64,000 nucleotides of DNA, taken from positions 3,185 through 67,184 of the forward strand of contig JAPLMD010000042.1 of the NCBI GenBank assembly GCA_026387235.1, in the 5' to 3' direction. Made by a program: the position numbers and the translations under genes. The notes below the pieces were generated by a model. It saw nothing but the letters and a program-made list of their open reading frames with translations, searched no databases and was not told where the DNA came from. Shown one piece after another: positions 21,647 to 30,625 of the stretch. Positions within the stretch are counted from its first letter, which is position 1; every line of letters starts with the position of its first letter. The DNA comes from Candidatus Omnitrophota bacterium (GTDB lineage: Bacteria; Omnitrophota; Gorgyraeia; Gorgyraeales; Gorgyraeaceae).

Positions 21647-21765
21647 TGCTCATAAGTGTATCACATACCTCTTATTGCGTCAAGAATAAAATTAAACAAA
21701 AAATTACTAAAACTCCGTTATTTAACAAAACAAGCCATGCTCGATCTGTAAAATAACAGCTACCT

Positions 21766-23313
21766 CTATTGTTCTTGCAGGTGCGCGGAAAAGTAGCCTC
21801 CAGTGAGAGCATCTATGTCCGCGGTAAGTTCCTGAAGCCGAAGTTCTTTTTCAAGGCTAATCTTTAAATCATGAGGAGGCAAAGCCAGCATTTCTATCTG
21901 AAGCCGCCTTCTTTCAAAATATATCCTCGTGACCTCGTTTATTATATCGTCTCTAAGTTCAACCATGAGTTTTGACCTGGTATCTATGGATGTCTGGTCT
22001 TCGTTCCATATGAGTTCCCCCATATCCCATGTCATTGCAATATCCCAGCTGACTGTATCCTTCCCTTTCTGCAATGTATCAGGATTTGTGCCTGAATCCC
22101 AATGCCAGTAATCAGTAACATACCTATCTAATCCTACTGAGACATTGGGAAGTAAGGCTTTTTTGCCCGCAGATTTTCTCCATTCTTTTATCTTATCAGG
22201 ATGGACTTCCGCATATTCTATGGCTGCATTTTGAACATCCTTTATGCTCGGCTCATTATTAAAGCTTTCTAAGATTTCGTTAAATTCATAATCTTTATCA
22301 TCAATGCGGGACAGATTAGTTTTATATAGGCCTTTTTTTGTGGCAGTCCACAAATATCCATTTGTATCTATGACAATATCCCGCGTATCTTTCGTAGTTA
22401 TGCCTTTATAGAGCGGCTTCCAGAGCTTTTCCTGTTCAAAAAACATGAAAACACCCTTATTAGTTGCGGCATAGAGATTGTCTTTATATATTAGTCTTTT
22501 TACTTTTAAAGATATGAGGCCTGCATTAATAAACTCTTTCCATGTTTCCCCTTTATCTTCACTTACGAATATCCCAGAATCAGTTGCAAGAAAAACATTA
22601 TTTTTACCCACCGTTATACTGTTTACCGGTTTTATTGCTTTAACATCTTCGTCTACGATATCCGCATCGTATTTCATTTCTCCCCTGGCTGTTACAAAGG
22701 TTCTCTTCCATCCAGTATCAGTATTTCTGTATACGCCTTTTTCAGCGGCAATAAAAATTACATCATCCATAAACTCTATCCACCTTACGCCAAAATTAGC
22801 TATTTCTCCAGGGTCTTTCTGCCAAGCAAGGCCATTATCTATGCTAATAAAAAGCCCCTTTTCCGTACCGAGGAAAATCTTACCGTCTTTGGAAAACGCG
22901 ATGTGCGCGGCATTCTCTTCAAATATTCTTTTCCAATTTAACTTACCGTCCTCGCTTTTAAAAAGGCCTGCTTTCGTGCAGATAAAAATACCTTGTTCAG
23001 AAATACCTGTGAAATTAATTTCATTATCTTCTCCCTGCGCAGAAAATACTGCTTGCCAGGTATTTCCTTCGTCTTCGCTTCTATGCAATGTTTTTTCAGT
23101 TGAGGCATAGATAACATTATTAAAAGGGCTTATGCTGACATCCTGCATATCCACTTCCTGAATTCCCTTTATTTGCTCCCAATCTCTACTAGTAAAGCCA
23201 AGCGAACAAAAAATAAACATGCACAGCATTGCTAAAATATTAACATGCCTCACAAAGCACCCCCTTATCTTTGCGCAAGGGCAGGTTTTAAACCTGCCTC
23301 TACGCTTGTTCAA
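21766..23313 (-). CDS. Exported beta-propeller (BNR/Asp-box) protein with helical C-terminal domain
   Basis: Repeated S.D.G.TW and AT..G(L/V)(Y/F) motifs. True start probably downstream of the GTAG palindrome at 23279-23303. Confidence 0.7.
   Translation of the reverse strand: MNKRRGRFKTCPCAKIRGCFVRHVNILAMLCMFIFCSLGFTSRDWEQIKGIQEVDMQDVSISPFNNVIYASTEKTLHRSEDEGNTWQAVFSAQGEDNEINFTGISEQGIFICTKAGLFKSEDGKLNWKRIFEENAAHIAFSKDGKIFLGTEKGLFISIDNGLAWQKDPGEIANFGVRWIEFMDDVIFIAAEKGVYRNTDTGWKRTFVTARGEMKYDADIVDEDVKAIKPVNSITVGKNNVFLATDSGIFVSEDKGETWKEFINAGLISLKVKRLIYKDNLYAATNKGVFMFFEQEKLWKPLYKGITTKDTRDIVIDTNGYLWTATKKGLYKTNLSRIDDKDYEFNEILESFNNEPSIKDVQNAAIEYAEVHPDKIKEWRKSAGKKALLPNVSVGLDRYVTDYWHWDSGTNPDTLQKGKDTVSWDIAMTWDMGELIWNEDQTSIDTRSKLMVELRDDIINEVTRIYFERRRLQIEMLALPPHDLKISLEKELRLQELTADIDALTGGYFSAHLQEQ
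23279..23303 (-). repeat. GTAG-type REP-like palindrome
   Basis: Minus strand reads GTAG-AGGCAGGTTT-A-AAACCTGCCC. Confidence 0.6.
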
Positions 23314-23405
23314 AAAGATAGATTCAGTATATGCCGTGTTAATTTAGATAGGCAAGGATAAAGAAGTCAGAAAATAATGCTTGAGGGACAGGGGAAAATC
23401 GAAAA

Positions 23406-23591
23406 CTAAACTCGCGGCTTTTTTAAAAAAGATATTGCGCCTCGTATTATTAACAACGCGCAGACAAAAAAAGCAATTATGGACTTTGGCCCTATATAAT
23501 TCATGGCTTTTCCAAGGATAATATCATACGTTGACACAAAAATAGCGCCTACGACGCCAAGTATAATAAAGATTAACCCTTCTGTTTTCAT
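23406..23591 (-). CDS. Small two-TM hypothetical protein (61 aa)
   Basis: MKTEGLIFIILGVVGAIF...; SD GGGAGG 8 nt upstream. Confidence 0.65.
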   Translation of the reverse strand: MKTEGLIFIILGVVGAIFVSTYDIILGKAMNYIGPKSIIAFFVCALLIIRGAISFLKKPRV

Positions 23592-23604
23592 ATTCATATC
23601 CTCC

Positions 23605-23713
23605 CAAATTTTGTGAAACAAAATTTAATCCCGCCTCGTGCCGAAACGAGTGCTAGCTAGGCACTCGGCGCCGAGGCAAGCTGCCCTGACTCTTACACCT
23701 AGCGACGAGGGGC
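23605..23713. repeat. Family A copy A3 with nested hairpin at 23633-23677
   Basis: AAATTTTGT-GAA-ACAAAATTT AATCCC [GCCTCG...CGAGGC] AAG...CGAGGGGC. Confidence 0.75.
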
Positions 23714-23821
23714 TTTTTAATAATATTACTATTATCCTATGCAAAATCAAGAAAATTATAATTTACATTTTTTCAATATCCTAACCTATTACAATGATTA
23801 ATGTTACAAGCGATGCTAAAT

Positions 23822-23850
23822 TTGAATAATGGCCCTAAATGTGATATAGT
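23822..23850 (+). promoter_or_regulatory. Sigma70-type promoter
   Basis: TTGAAT-17 nt-TATAGT with TGn extension, followed by SD AGGAGG. Confidence 0.6.
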
Positions 23851-23867
23851 TATAGTAGGAGGAGAAG

Positions 23868-24212
23868 ATGTTTAAATTCGCTGTTACATTAATATCGATT
23901 TTTATCATGGCATCCGCATGCGCCTACGCAGGCACAGAACCAGGCCTTGCGATAAGTGTATCGTCATGCTCTTTTTCTGAATGGGTTAACACAGAATCCG
24001 GCAATAATCCTATAGATGAAAATGCGGAAAAAATAGCTTTAAGAGAACAATGGGAAACTAATATCGGAATAGATGTTTTCTATCCTTATTTTAAAGCAAA
24101 AGAGCTGGAATCAAAGGTGAGAGAAAAAACCAGCGTAAGAGTTTTAAAAGTAAGAGGTAAGCCGGAATTTAAAAGCAACGAAGCAAAATACATATTCACT
24201 ATAAAATTTTAG
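23868..24212 (+). CDS. Secreted hypothetical protein
   Basis: Signal peptide ending AYA, strong SD, C-terminal Phe. Confidence 0.75.
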   Translation: MFKFAVTLISIFIMASACAYAGTEPGLAISVSSCSFSEWVNTESGNNPIDENAEKIALREQWETNIGIDVFYPYFKAKELESKVREKTSVRVLKVRGKPEFKSNEAKYIFTIKF

Positions 24213-26251
24213 CCCTTCTTCTTTTTCAGCACATCAATTAATACGCTTGCAACTTTGGGATCAAACTGCGTGCCGCTGTTTTCCTTGATTATCCTTAAAG
24301 CTTCCTTTTTTGACAAAGCTTTTCGATAAGGCCTGTCCGATATCAGGGCTTCGTAAACGTCGGCTATGGCTATGATGCGCGCGCCTATCGGTATCTCTTC
24401 TTCTTTTAATCCGAACGGATAACCTTTGCCATCCCATCTTTCATGATGATAAAGAATCAAAGGCAACAGGTTATGAAAAGATTGTATGGGCCTTATTATA
24501 TCAACGCCGATTTTAGGATGCTCCCTGATCTTTTTAAATTCCGACCTGGTAAGAGACCCTTTCTTTAAAAGAATTTTTTCGCTTATGCCGATTTTACCCA
24601 AATCATGCAGCATTGACGCCTGCTCTATGAACCTTATCTCATCCATAGGCAAGCCGATGCGCTTGGCTATCTCGTTCGCGTAGTAAACAGTCCTTTCCAC
24701 ATGATTACCCGTATAATGATCCTTAAGCTCTATTGTTTTGGCGAATGCGAAGATGGATTCAATCGAACTCTGATTCGATTTTTTTGTAAGTTTCAAAAAT
24801 TTATGCCTTAAATTTTTAATGCTCCCTGCTTTATCTGATAAAACATTGCCGTCCTGTATATCTGACATGGAGCACACCCTGTCTCCGCCATATTCCTTTG
24901 CCTTGTTTAAAATCTTATCCGCGGCTTCGATAAAATCAGAACTTTTGAACAAGTTGTCTCCAGGATAAGAAACAACAGCCATGCTTATCCGTAATTTAAC
25001 CACATTCTTCTTGTCTCCAAAAGTAAACACCTTGATAGCATCCGCTATTCTATGCCCAAGCTCTAATGCGCTCTGGTTATAATTACCCGGCAATACGATC
25101 ACGAATTCCTCATCTCCGAATCTTATAACATAATCATGCAGTCTGACCAGCCTTCTTAGTTTATGCGCAAACTGCTTAAGAACCAAGTCTCCAAATTTAT
25201 ATCCATAAGCGTCATTAACGGATCTGAAATAATCTATGTCAATAAATATCAGCGAAAGCAGCTGATGATATTTTTTGGCCCTGTAAAATTCCGACTTCAT
25301 GATCTCTTTTAAATATCCGTGGTTATAAAGCCCTGTATGAGGGTCCTTTACGACAAGATGCTGTAATTTTTTATTTGATTTAAAAAGTTCCTTATTTAAT
25401 ATCACTGTATTTTTTTCGGCTTTCTTGCGTTTAGTTATATCTCCGGCCACTTCCAGGATAGTCTTGACATGATTTGTTTCGTCATACATGGGTATTCCTT
25501 TGATAATCCATTCCCTGCCGTCAGGCGCAACCATCTCCTCTTCTTCTATTTTTCCTGTTTCTCTGGCCCTGATTACAGGGCAATTCGCGCACGGCTTATC
25601 AAGGCCATGAAAAATCTGGTAACATATTTTTCCTTCCAGGAGCTTAGGGGTTGTTTTAAATGATTCTGCGGTAGCCTTATTAGCCCATATAATCCTGCTT
25701 TCTAAATCCTGCTGGACTACAAGCTCCTGCATATTATTAAGGATGATGGTTTTTTCGCTCTCCGTCTTCCTGCGCTCTTCTTCAACGCCTATAGCGGAAG
25801 CAATAATTCCTATCAGCCTCTCTTCTTCCGAAGTAGGCACGAAATCTTTCTTATAAACAACGCAAAGCACTCCTTTATAGCTGCCGTTAAATTTTACCGG
25901 CCGGCCCATGTAGGTCTCGAGGCCATATTTTTTAACATTCGGATCTGAATTTGCGTACGGAGTATTCTGAAGGTGGCGTACCAGAACAACTTCGTCAGCC
26001 GCGTATCTTATGGCATCATGACAAATGTGGCCTTCTGCTTTATCAGTCAGTTTGTAATCCAAAGGCACATTCCATGTACCAGCGGAGCATAGTATATCCT
26101 TATCAAGGCGATTATACAAAGCGCACGTCGCGCCCATTAAATCCCCGCACAATGCCACAAGTTTATTTATATTTTTTATAGGGTCATTACCAAAGGAGAG
26201 AAGGCATTCTGTTAACTTTATAAAATGATTTTCAATGATTAGATATTCCAT
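24209..26251 (-). CDS. GAF-PAS-GGDEF(degenerate)-HD-GYP c-di-GMP phosphodiesterase
   Basis: DIDYFRSVND, RFGDEEF, HDLGK, HHERWDGKGYP, ADVYEAL..RPYR. Confidence 0.9.
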   Translation of the reverse strand: MEYLIIENHFIKLTECLLSFGNDPIKNINKLVALCGDLMGATCALYNRLDKDILCSAGTWNVPLDYKLTDKAEGHICHDAIRYAADEVVLVRHLQNTPYANSDPNVKKYGLETYMGRPVKFNGSYKGVLCVVYKKDFVPTSEEERLIGIIASAIGVEEERRKTESEKTIILNNMQELVVQQDLESRIIWANKATAESFKTTPKLLEGKICYQIFHGLDKPCANCPVIRARETGKIEEEEMVAPDGREWIIKGIPMYDETNHVKTILEVAGDITKRKKAEKNTVILNKELFKSNKKLQHLVVKDPHTGLYNHGYLKEIMKSEFYRAKKYHQLLSLIFIDIDYFRSVNDAYGYKFGDLVLKQFAHKLRRLVRLHDYVIRFGDEEFVIVLPGNYNQSALELGHRIADAIKVFTFGDKKNVVKLRISMAVVSYPGDNLFKSSDFIEAADKILNKAKEYGGDRVCSMSDIQDGNVLSDKAGSIKNLRHKFLKLTKKSNQSSIESIFAFAKTIELKDHYTGNHVERTVYYANEIAKRIGLPMDEIRFIEQASMLHDLGKIGISEKILLKKGSLTRSEFKKIREHPKIGVDIIRPIQSFHNLLPLILYHHERWDGKGYPFGLKEEEIPIGARIIAIADVYEALISDRPYRKALSKKEALRIIKENSGTQFDPKVASVLIDVLKKKKG

Positions 26252-26419
26252 GACACCCTACACTCAATTAGAAACTACCAGCACTGCTAACTTCTAAAAC
26301 AGTATTATTTACCAGCGCTTGACTCTAAAAGCTTTGGGAGATAGGAACTTTTCTATACCTAGAAGGATACCATATAAAACGTTTACTTTCAAGGGTAAAA
26401 CAAGATATTATATCCGGGG

Positions 26420-26914
26420 TTATTTCTTGTAAAGCCCTATTAATTCAGCCTGGGCCAGCACATGCCCATTAATAGCTCTTTCTAAATCAACTTTGCGACC
26501 CCCTTCTTTCAAATTAAGCTCTATATCGAGAGCGTATACTTTAAAAATATAACGATGAACCCCAGATGGAGGAAATGGTCCATCATAACCAATCCTCCCA
26601 AAATCATTAATACCCTGTTTCCCTGGTATGGAATTCTCTTCGATCTTTGAAACCGGAGGCATATCAAATACTAGCCAGTGCACCCAATCCCCGCCAGGCG
26701 CATCAGGATCATTAAATATCAAAGCGATGCTCTGGGTTCCAGCAGGAATATCACCTATAATCAACTCGGGGTTAATATTTTCTCCGCGGTAGGTAAACTT
26801 TTTAGGGATAAATTCGTTATTTTTGAATTCCGGGCTTTTTAATTCCATTGCCAAGACCTGCGATTCTATCGCCAATACAAGACAAAATACGAGAAATATG
26901 GCCTTTTTTCTCAT
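26420..26914 (-). CDS. YbhB/YbcL (PEBP) family protein
   Basis: DPDAP, WVHW, Y.GP.PP..HRY.F..YALD. Confidence 0.92.
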   Translation of the reverse strand: MRKKAIFLVFCLVLAIESQVLAMELKSPEFKNNEFIPKKFTYRGENINPELIIGDIPAGTQSIALIFNDPDAPGGDWVHWLVFDMPPVSKIEENSIPGKQGINDFGRIGYDGPFPPSGVHRYIFKVYALDIELNLKEGGRKVDLERAINGHVLAQAELIGLYKK

Positions 26915-27855
26915 TTGCCCTTTAAAAGCCTGTTTAAAAGCTCCTGGCCTTTTGAAACAAATAACTTTTGTATCACGTATTCAAGGTCCGGCATTACCAT
27001 TATATCAGGCACTTTGCCGCTTATCTCCATAGGCATTTTTATTAAACCTTTATCGTCCGCGATATATCTAAGCTCAGGCGCGGTATTAATAAGCGCGTTC
27101 GAAAGGTCTTTTTGTATAAATAAATCTACGCTGATGTCAATGTCCTGCTCTATCCCGATAGACCCCTTGCCTGTAAGATAAAAAGCGCTTGATTCTACCA
27201 AAAGTTCGTCAAAGAAAATTCTGCCGTCTTTTATTTCAAAATCCGCGTTTATTGGCTTAAATGCGGTGTAATTCTGGTCCAGGAGATCTCTATATTTCTC
27301 AGGCATATTATCTTTTAACTTTTGGACAAGGCCTGGCAGCATGTTAAGTTTATCCAGCGCGGCCTTTAAAACATTCATATTATCCAAAACCGCGTTTTGC
27401 AATTTTGCGTTCCCTTTTGCGCTTAATGTTTTTAACATGTCATCCTGCGACAGGCTGTTGATTGAAATGCGCATATTTAAATCAAGGCCGCATCTAAAGC
27501 TAGGGCTATCGCCCGGATTGATCCTTAATTCAGGTATAAGCAATCTCTCGATTTGGATATATTTTCTTAAAAGCGGTAGAATCCTTACGCTTGCTTCCAG
27601 GCTTTCCGCTTTTAATAAAGCGTTATCCCAGATTTTGCCCTTGTCTTTTATGGCAATGCCTCTCGCCTTGACTTCAAGCCCGTGTAAAAAACTAAGGGAG
27701 ATATTGTCTATCGCTACATCCTTGCCCATAGACTCTTCTAATTTTATTATCAATGCGCCTTTGTAGCGATTGGCGTCAAAAGTAACTATAAACAGGCCGG
27801 CCGCAATTAACAGCAATATTAAAACAGAAGCTGTTATTATGAAAATTTTTTTCAT
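26911..27855 (-). CDS. Short AsmA family protein
   Basis: N-terminal TM then FDANRYK, ILPLL...I.I..L; C-terminal AsmA-like segment. Confidence 0.75.
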   Translation of the reverse strand: MKKIFIITASVLILLLIAAGLFIVTFDANRYKGALIIKLEESMGKDVAIDNISLSFLHGLEVKARGIAIKDKGKIWDNALLKAESLEASVRILPLLRKYIQIERLLIPELRINPGDSPSFRCGLDLNMRISINSLSQDDMLKTLSAKGNAKLQNAVLDNMNVLKAALDKLNMLPGLVQKLKDNMPEKYRDLLDQNYTAFKPINADFEIKDGRIFFDELLVESSAFYLTGKGSIGIEQDIDISVDLFIQKDLSNALINTAPELRYIADDKGLIKMPMEISGKVPDIMVMPDLEYVIQKLFVSKGQELLNRLLKGK

Positions 27856-27858
27856 AGG

Positions 27859-28863
27859 TTAAAATCCTACGTTGAAGCCCGCGTCCAAGCTCACGTCCGG
27901 GCTTGACGCAGAGTTTACGTTTTCGGTAATGGCAAAATGCCAAGACACATTCTCTTTTTCTTTAAATCTGTAATTAACGCCTAATCCTAGATCGATCGCT
28001 GATTCATCCAGGGCATTTGTGCCGCTAGACGGATAAGGCGTTGTATTTCCGGTGGCCTGCACCACAATAGAGAATCTTTGCGTTAAAAGATATTCTACGC
28101 CTAACAGTCCAGAAATTATATTGCGCTTTAAATTCAAAACACTGAAAAAACTTGGTTTTTCTATTATTACAAAATTACAACCGGTGTACACTGTTATCTT
28201 TTCGGAAAATGTCTTATCTAAAAGCACGCCGAACCCGTAATCGATCTCCCCGCTTCCCAGTAAAGACCTTTTTTCGCCTGTAGGCAATTTAACAGCAGCT
28301 CTGAAAGACGCGTTGGGCCAAAAACCATTCTCATCTTCTTTTGAAATTTGGTATTTCGCCTTTAACACAATGTCGCCTAACCCATCGGAAGCATTGGTTC
28401 TTTTTATCAAAGACTGGCTATTATAAATAAATGAGTAGTTAAGATTATATGATCCCTGACGCGCCCTGGAACGCGGTGTTGTCGCGCCAACGGTATCTTC
28501 AAATCCCTCTACGAATTCGTCAAGATAGCCGCGAGATAAACTCAAATAAGGCACGTCCAGCCCAGCCTCAAGTTTTTCAGAAAGGCCGTATCTTAAATCC
28601 AGAGTCATCCTGGAAACCTCCGCATCGATATTTATGTTATATAAAGACGAAACAGGTGTAAAACAGCTTACGGTTACATTCGAAACAGTATATCCGGCGT
28701 TGACGTCAAAACTATCCTGCTCTACTACGCTTGCCCTGTCAGGTTCCATCTGTAGGTAAAACAAATAGAGCGGCATCTGGTTGCGTATCGGAATAGGGCC
28801 TGTTTTCGCAAAAGTATCTGTCGCGAAAAATAATAAAAAGAATATAATCATGGCGATCGGCAT
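27859..28863 (-). CDS. Outer-membrane beta-barrel (DUF3187-like)
   Basis: GPIPIRNQ.P, GLGDI.L, KLPTG, SPDV, C-terminal Phe; start uncertain. Confidence 0.7.
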   Translation of the reverse strand: MPIAMIIFFLLFFATDTFAKTGPIPIRNQMPLYLFYLQMEPDRASVVEQDSFDVNAGYTVSNVTVSCFTPVSSLYNINIDAEVSRMTLDLRYGLSEKLEAGLDVPYLSLSRGYLDEFVEGFEDTVGATTPRSRARQGSYNLNYSFIYNSQSLIKRTNASDGLGDIVLKAKYQISKEDENGFWPNASFRAAVKLPTGEKRSLLGSGEIDYGFGVLLDKTFSEKITVYTGCNFVIIEKPSFFSVLNLKRNIISGLLGVEYLLTQRFSIVVQATGNTTPYPSSGTNALDESAIDLGLGVNYRFKEKENVSWHFAITENVNSASSPDVSLDAGFNVGF

Positions 28864-28898
28864 CTTATATTTTCCCAATTTTTTATCTCTCCTCTCTC

Positions 28899-28926
28899 TT
28901 GAAAAATCGGTTTTATATGGTATAAT
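28899..28926 (+). promoter_or_regulatory. Sigma70 promoter of the riboswitch RNA
   Basis: TTGAAA-16 nt-TATAAT with TGn extension. Confidence 0.75.
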
Positions 28927-28929
28927 TAT

Positions 28930-29062
28930 TATAGCCGATAAGGGCAAACCCTGAGAAATCAGGGGGCGCAAAGCCTACGGGCCTAAGTTATTATGACAAG
29001 CCGTGACCAAAAGGTTAGTTAGGCAGTCAGTAATAATATGGCGGCCGGGTTGCCGAGCGATA
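28930..29062 (+). ncRNA. c-di-GMP-I (GEMM) riboswitch aptamer
   Basis: GGGCAAACC-ctga-GAAA-tcag-GGGGCGCAAAGCC-tacgGGCCTAAG...ATGGCGGCCGGGTTGCCGA; G at the G20-equivalent position. Confidence 0.92.
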
Positions 29063-29104
29063 AAAAGCCGAAGCTGTAAGCCTTTATCGGCTTTTTTCTT
29101 TTTT
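29062..29104 (+). terminator. Intrinsic terminator (riboswitch expression platform)
   Basis: AAAAAGCCGA...TCGGCTTTTT followed by a T-rich tract. Confidence 0.85.
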
Positions 29105-29188
29105 AGCCCTTTGTTTTAATACATTCGCCCGCCACAGAAACAATGGCGGGCTCAGTATTAAGCTAACGATCTTAGCCCTTTGTTTTAA
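29103..29188. repeat. 17-bp direct repeat enclosing a tandem-GA hairpin
   Basis: TTAGCCCTTTGTTTTAA at 29103-29119 and 29172-29188; stem GCCCGCCA/TGGCGGGC between them. Confidence 0.8.
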
Positions 29189-30617
29189 CTATCCTGTCAA
29201 ATATTTCGGTAAATTCACTCTCCAGGACAAACGAAGTCGCTATCGCGCAACCCGTAAGCATTTTTATCTTAGTCATGGCTTCTATATTCTTCGGATCAAG
29301 CATCGCCAAAAGAAGCGTGTTCTTATCTTTTCTTACAGGCAAAACACCGTAATTTTTCATTACGTCAAAAGATATCTTAGAAAGCATCTCTTTCATTTCT
29401 CCGTTCTCGCTCATATTGCGGATGTCAAAATGCGGGACATTGAATTGCGATTCCAGGGCCCTTGCAACATCGCCTGCGCTGGCCATTCCAAGATTTATAA
29501 TGCTCTGGCCTATTTTATGCCCAGTAGTCCAGTGTTTATTAAGCGCTGTTTCAAGCTGTTCAGGCGTAATTATCTGGGATTCAAGCAGTATCTGGCCAAG
29601 CGGTTTATGTTTGGTTCTTTCTTCTTTGCCTGCGCTTTTATTTTCTTCCTTGCAAGACTCATCAATAAATACACTCTTTTCATTCTGCCTGCGGTTCATG
29701 AGAAAATTGCTGCCCGGCAGCGTCTTTAAAAAACTCTTTATTTCCGTAATTATCTCCATTAGTTCCACCATATTTTTTATGGGAAAATATTTATTATTTG
29801 CTATGGCTATGGAGATGCTCATAAGAGGCATTTTCATGACATTACCGCGCCTGTCTTTGGAAACTACATAAGTCCTTTCTCTGTCCTCTTTTGAATAATG
29901 AAAATGCGTGGCCCTGTTAAAAGCGAGTATCGATTCAGACGCGATTAACCTGTCCTTGTCAGGCGTTGTGACGACCACAAAATCATCGCCTCCTATATGG
30001 CCTACAAAATCATGCGGATTGCCGTATCTTTTGACCGTAGTAGCTATGATGTAAGCGACGTGTCTTATGACGCTATCTCCTTTCATGTAGCCGTATTTAT
30101 CGTTAAATGATTTGAAATTATCTATATCGTAGTAGGCAACCGAAAAAAGCTTTTTCTCGTCCATCCTTGAATGTATGGCCTTTTCTATCTGCTTATTTCC
30201 CGGAAGCTTTGTGAGGGCATTCGCGTAAAGCTGGTGGCTAGTCCTGCGCAACGCAAGCTCCATCCTGACTTCAAGGTCTATCGGATCAGGAGGATTGGCA
30301 ATATAATCGTCCACACCCTGTTCTATCTCCAACATCTTTTTTCTTATCTGCTTCTTGTCTATAAGGACTATTATAGGGATATGCGCGGTGAGGAAATCTT
30401 CCTTTAATGCCTTAGACACCTTTAGTCCGTCCATATCAGGCAGGCCCCAGTCTATGATAATAATATCCGGCTGTTCCCGCCTTACTGCGTCCATAACAAC
30501 AGAGCCCTTACTAACGGTAACGGTATCGTAATCCCATGCCTTGAGAAGATATTGTATTATCTCCGCAATGCCGGCTTCATGTTCAGCTAATAATACTTTC
30601 TTTTTTCCGAGATTCAT
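29172..30617 (-). CDS. Response regulator-diguanylate cyclase with C-terminal MshEN-like domain
   Basis: REC (IIDWGLPDMDG), DIDNFKSFNDKYGY.KGD, HIGGDDF, PLGQILLESQIITPEQLETAL...KIGQSIINLG. Confidence 0.88.
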   Translation of the reverse strand: MNLGKKKVLLAEHEAGIAEIIQYLLKAWDYDTVTVSKGSVVMDAVRREQPDIIIIDWGLPDMDGLKVSKALKEDFLTAHIPIIVLIDKKQIRKKMLEIEQGVDDYIANPPDPIDLEVRMELALRRTSHQLYANALTKLPGNKQIEKAIHSRMDEKKLFSVAYYDIDNFKSFNDKYGYMKGDSVIRHVAYIIATTVKRYGNPHDFVGHIGGDDFVVVTTPDKDRLIASESILAFNRATHFHYSKEDRERTYVVSKDRRGNVMKMPLMSISIAIANNKYFPIKNMVELMEIITEIKSFLKTLPGSNFLMNRRQNEKSVFIDESCKEENKSAGKEERTKHKPLGQILLESQIITPEQLETALNKHWTTGHKIGQSIINLGMASAGDVARALESQFNVPHFDIRNMSENGEMKEMLSKISFDVMKNYGVLPVRKDKNTLLLAMLDPKNIEAMTKIKMLTGCAIATSFVLESEFTEIFDRIVKTKG

Positions 30618-30625
30618 TTGGATTT

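Noticed and set aside
29143-29166. Tiny ORF MAGSVLS as the riboswitch target
   Set aside because: Seven codons, no SD, and it starts inside a repeat hairpin.
28930-30617. A 3',3'-cGAMP system (GEMM-Ib riboswitch with a Hypr GGDEF enzyme)
   Set aside because: Both aptamers have G at the G20-equivalent position and the cyclase keeps the guanine-specifying Asp (KGD), so both are c-di-GMP type.
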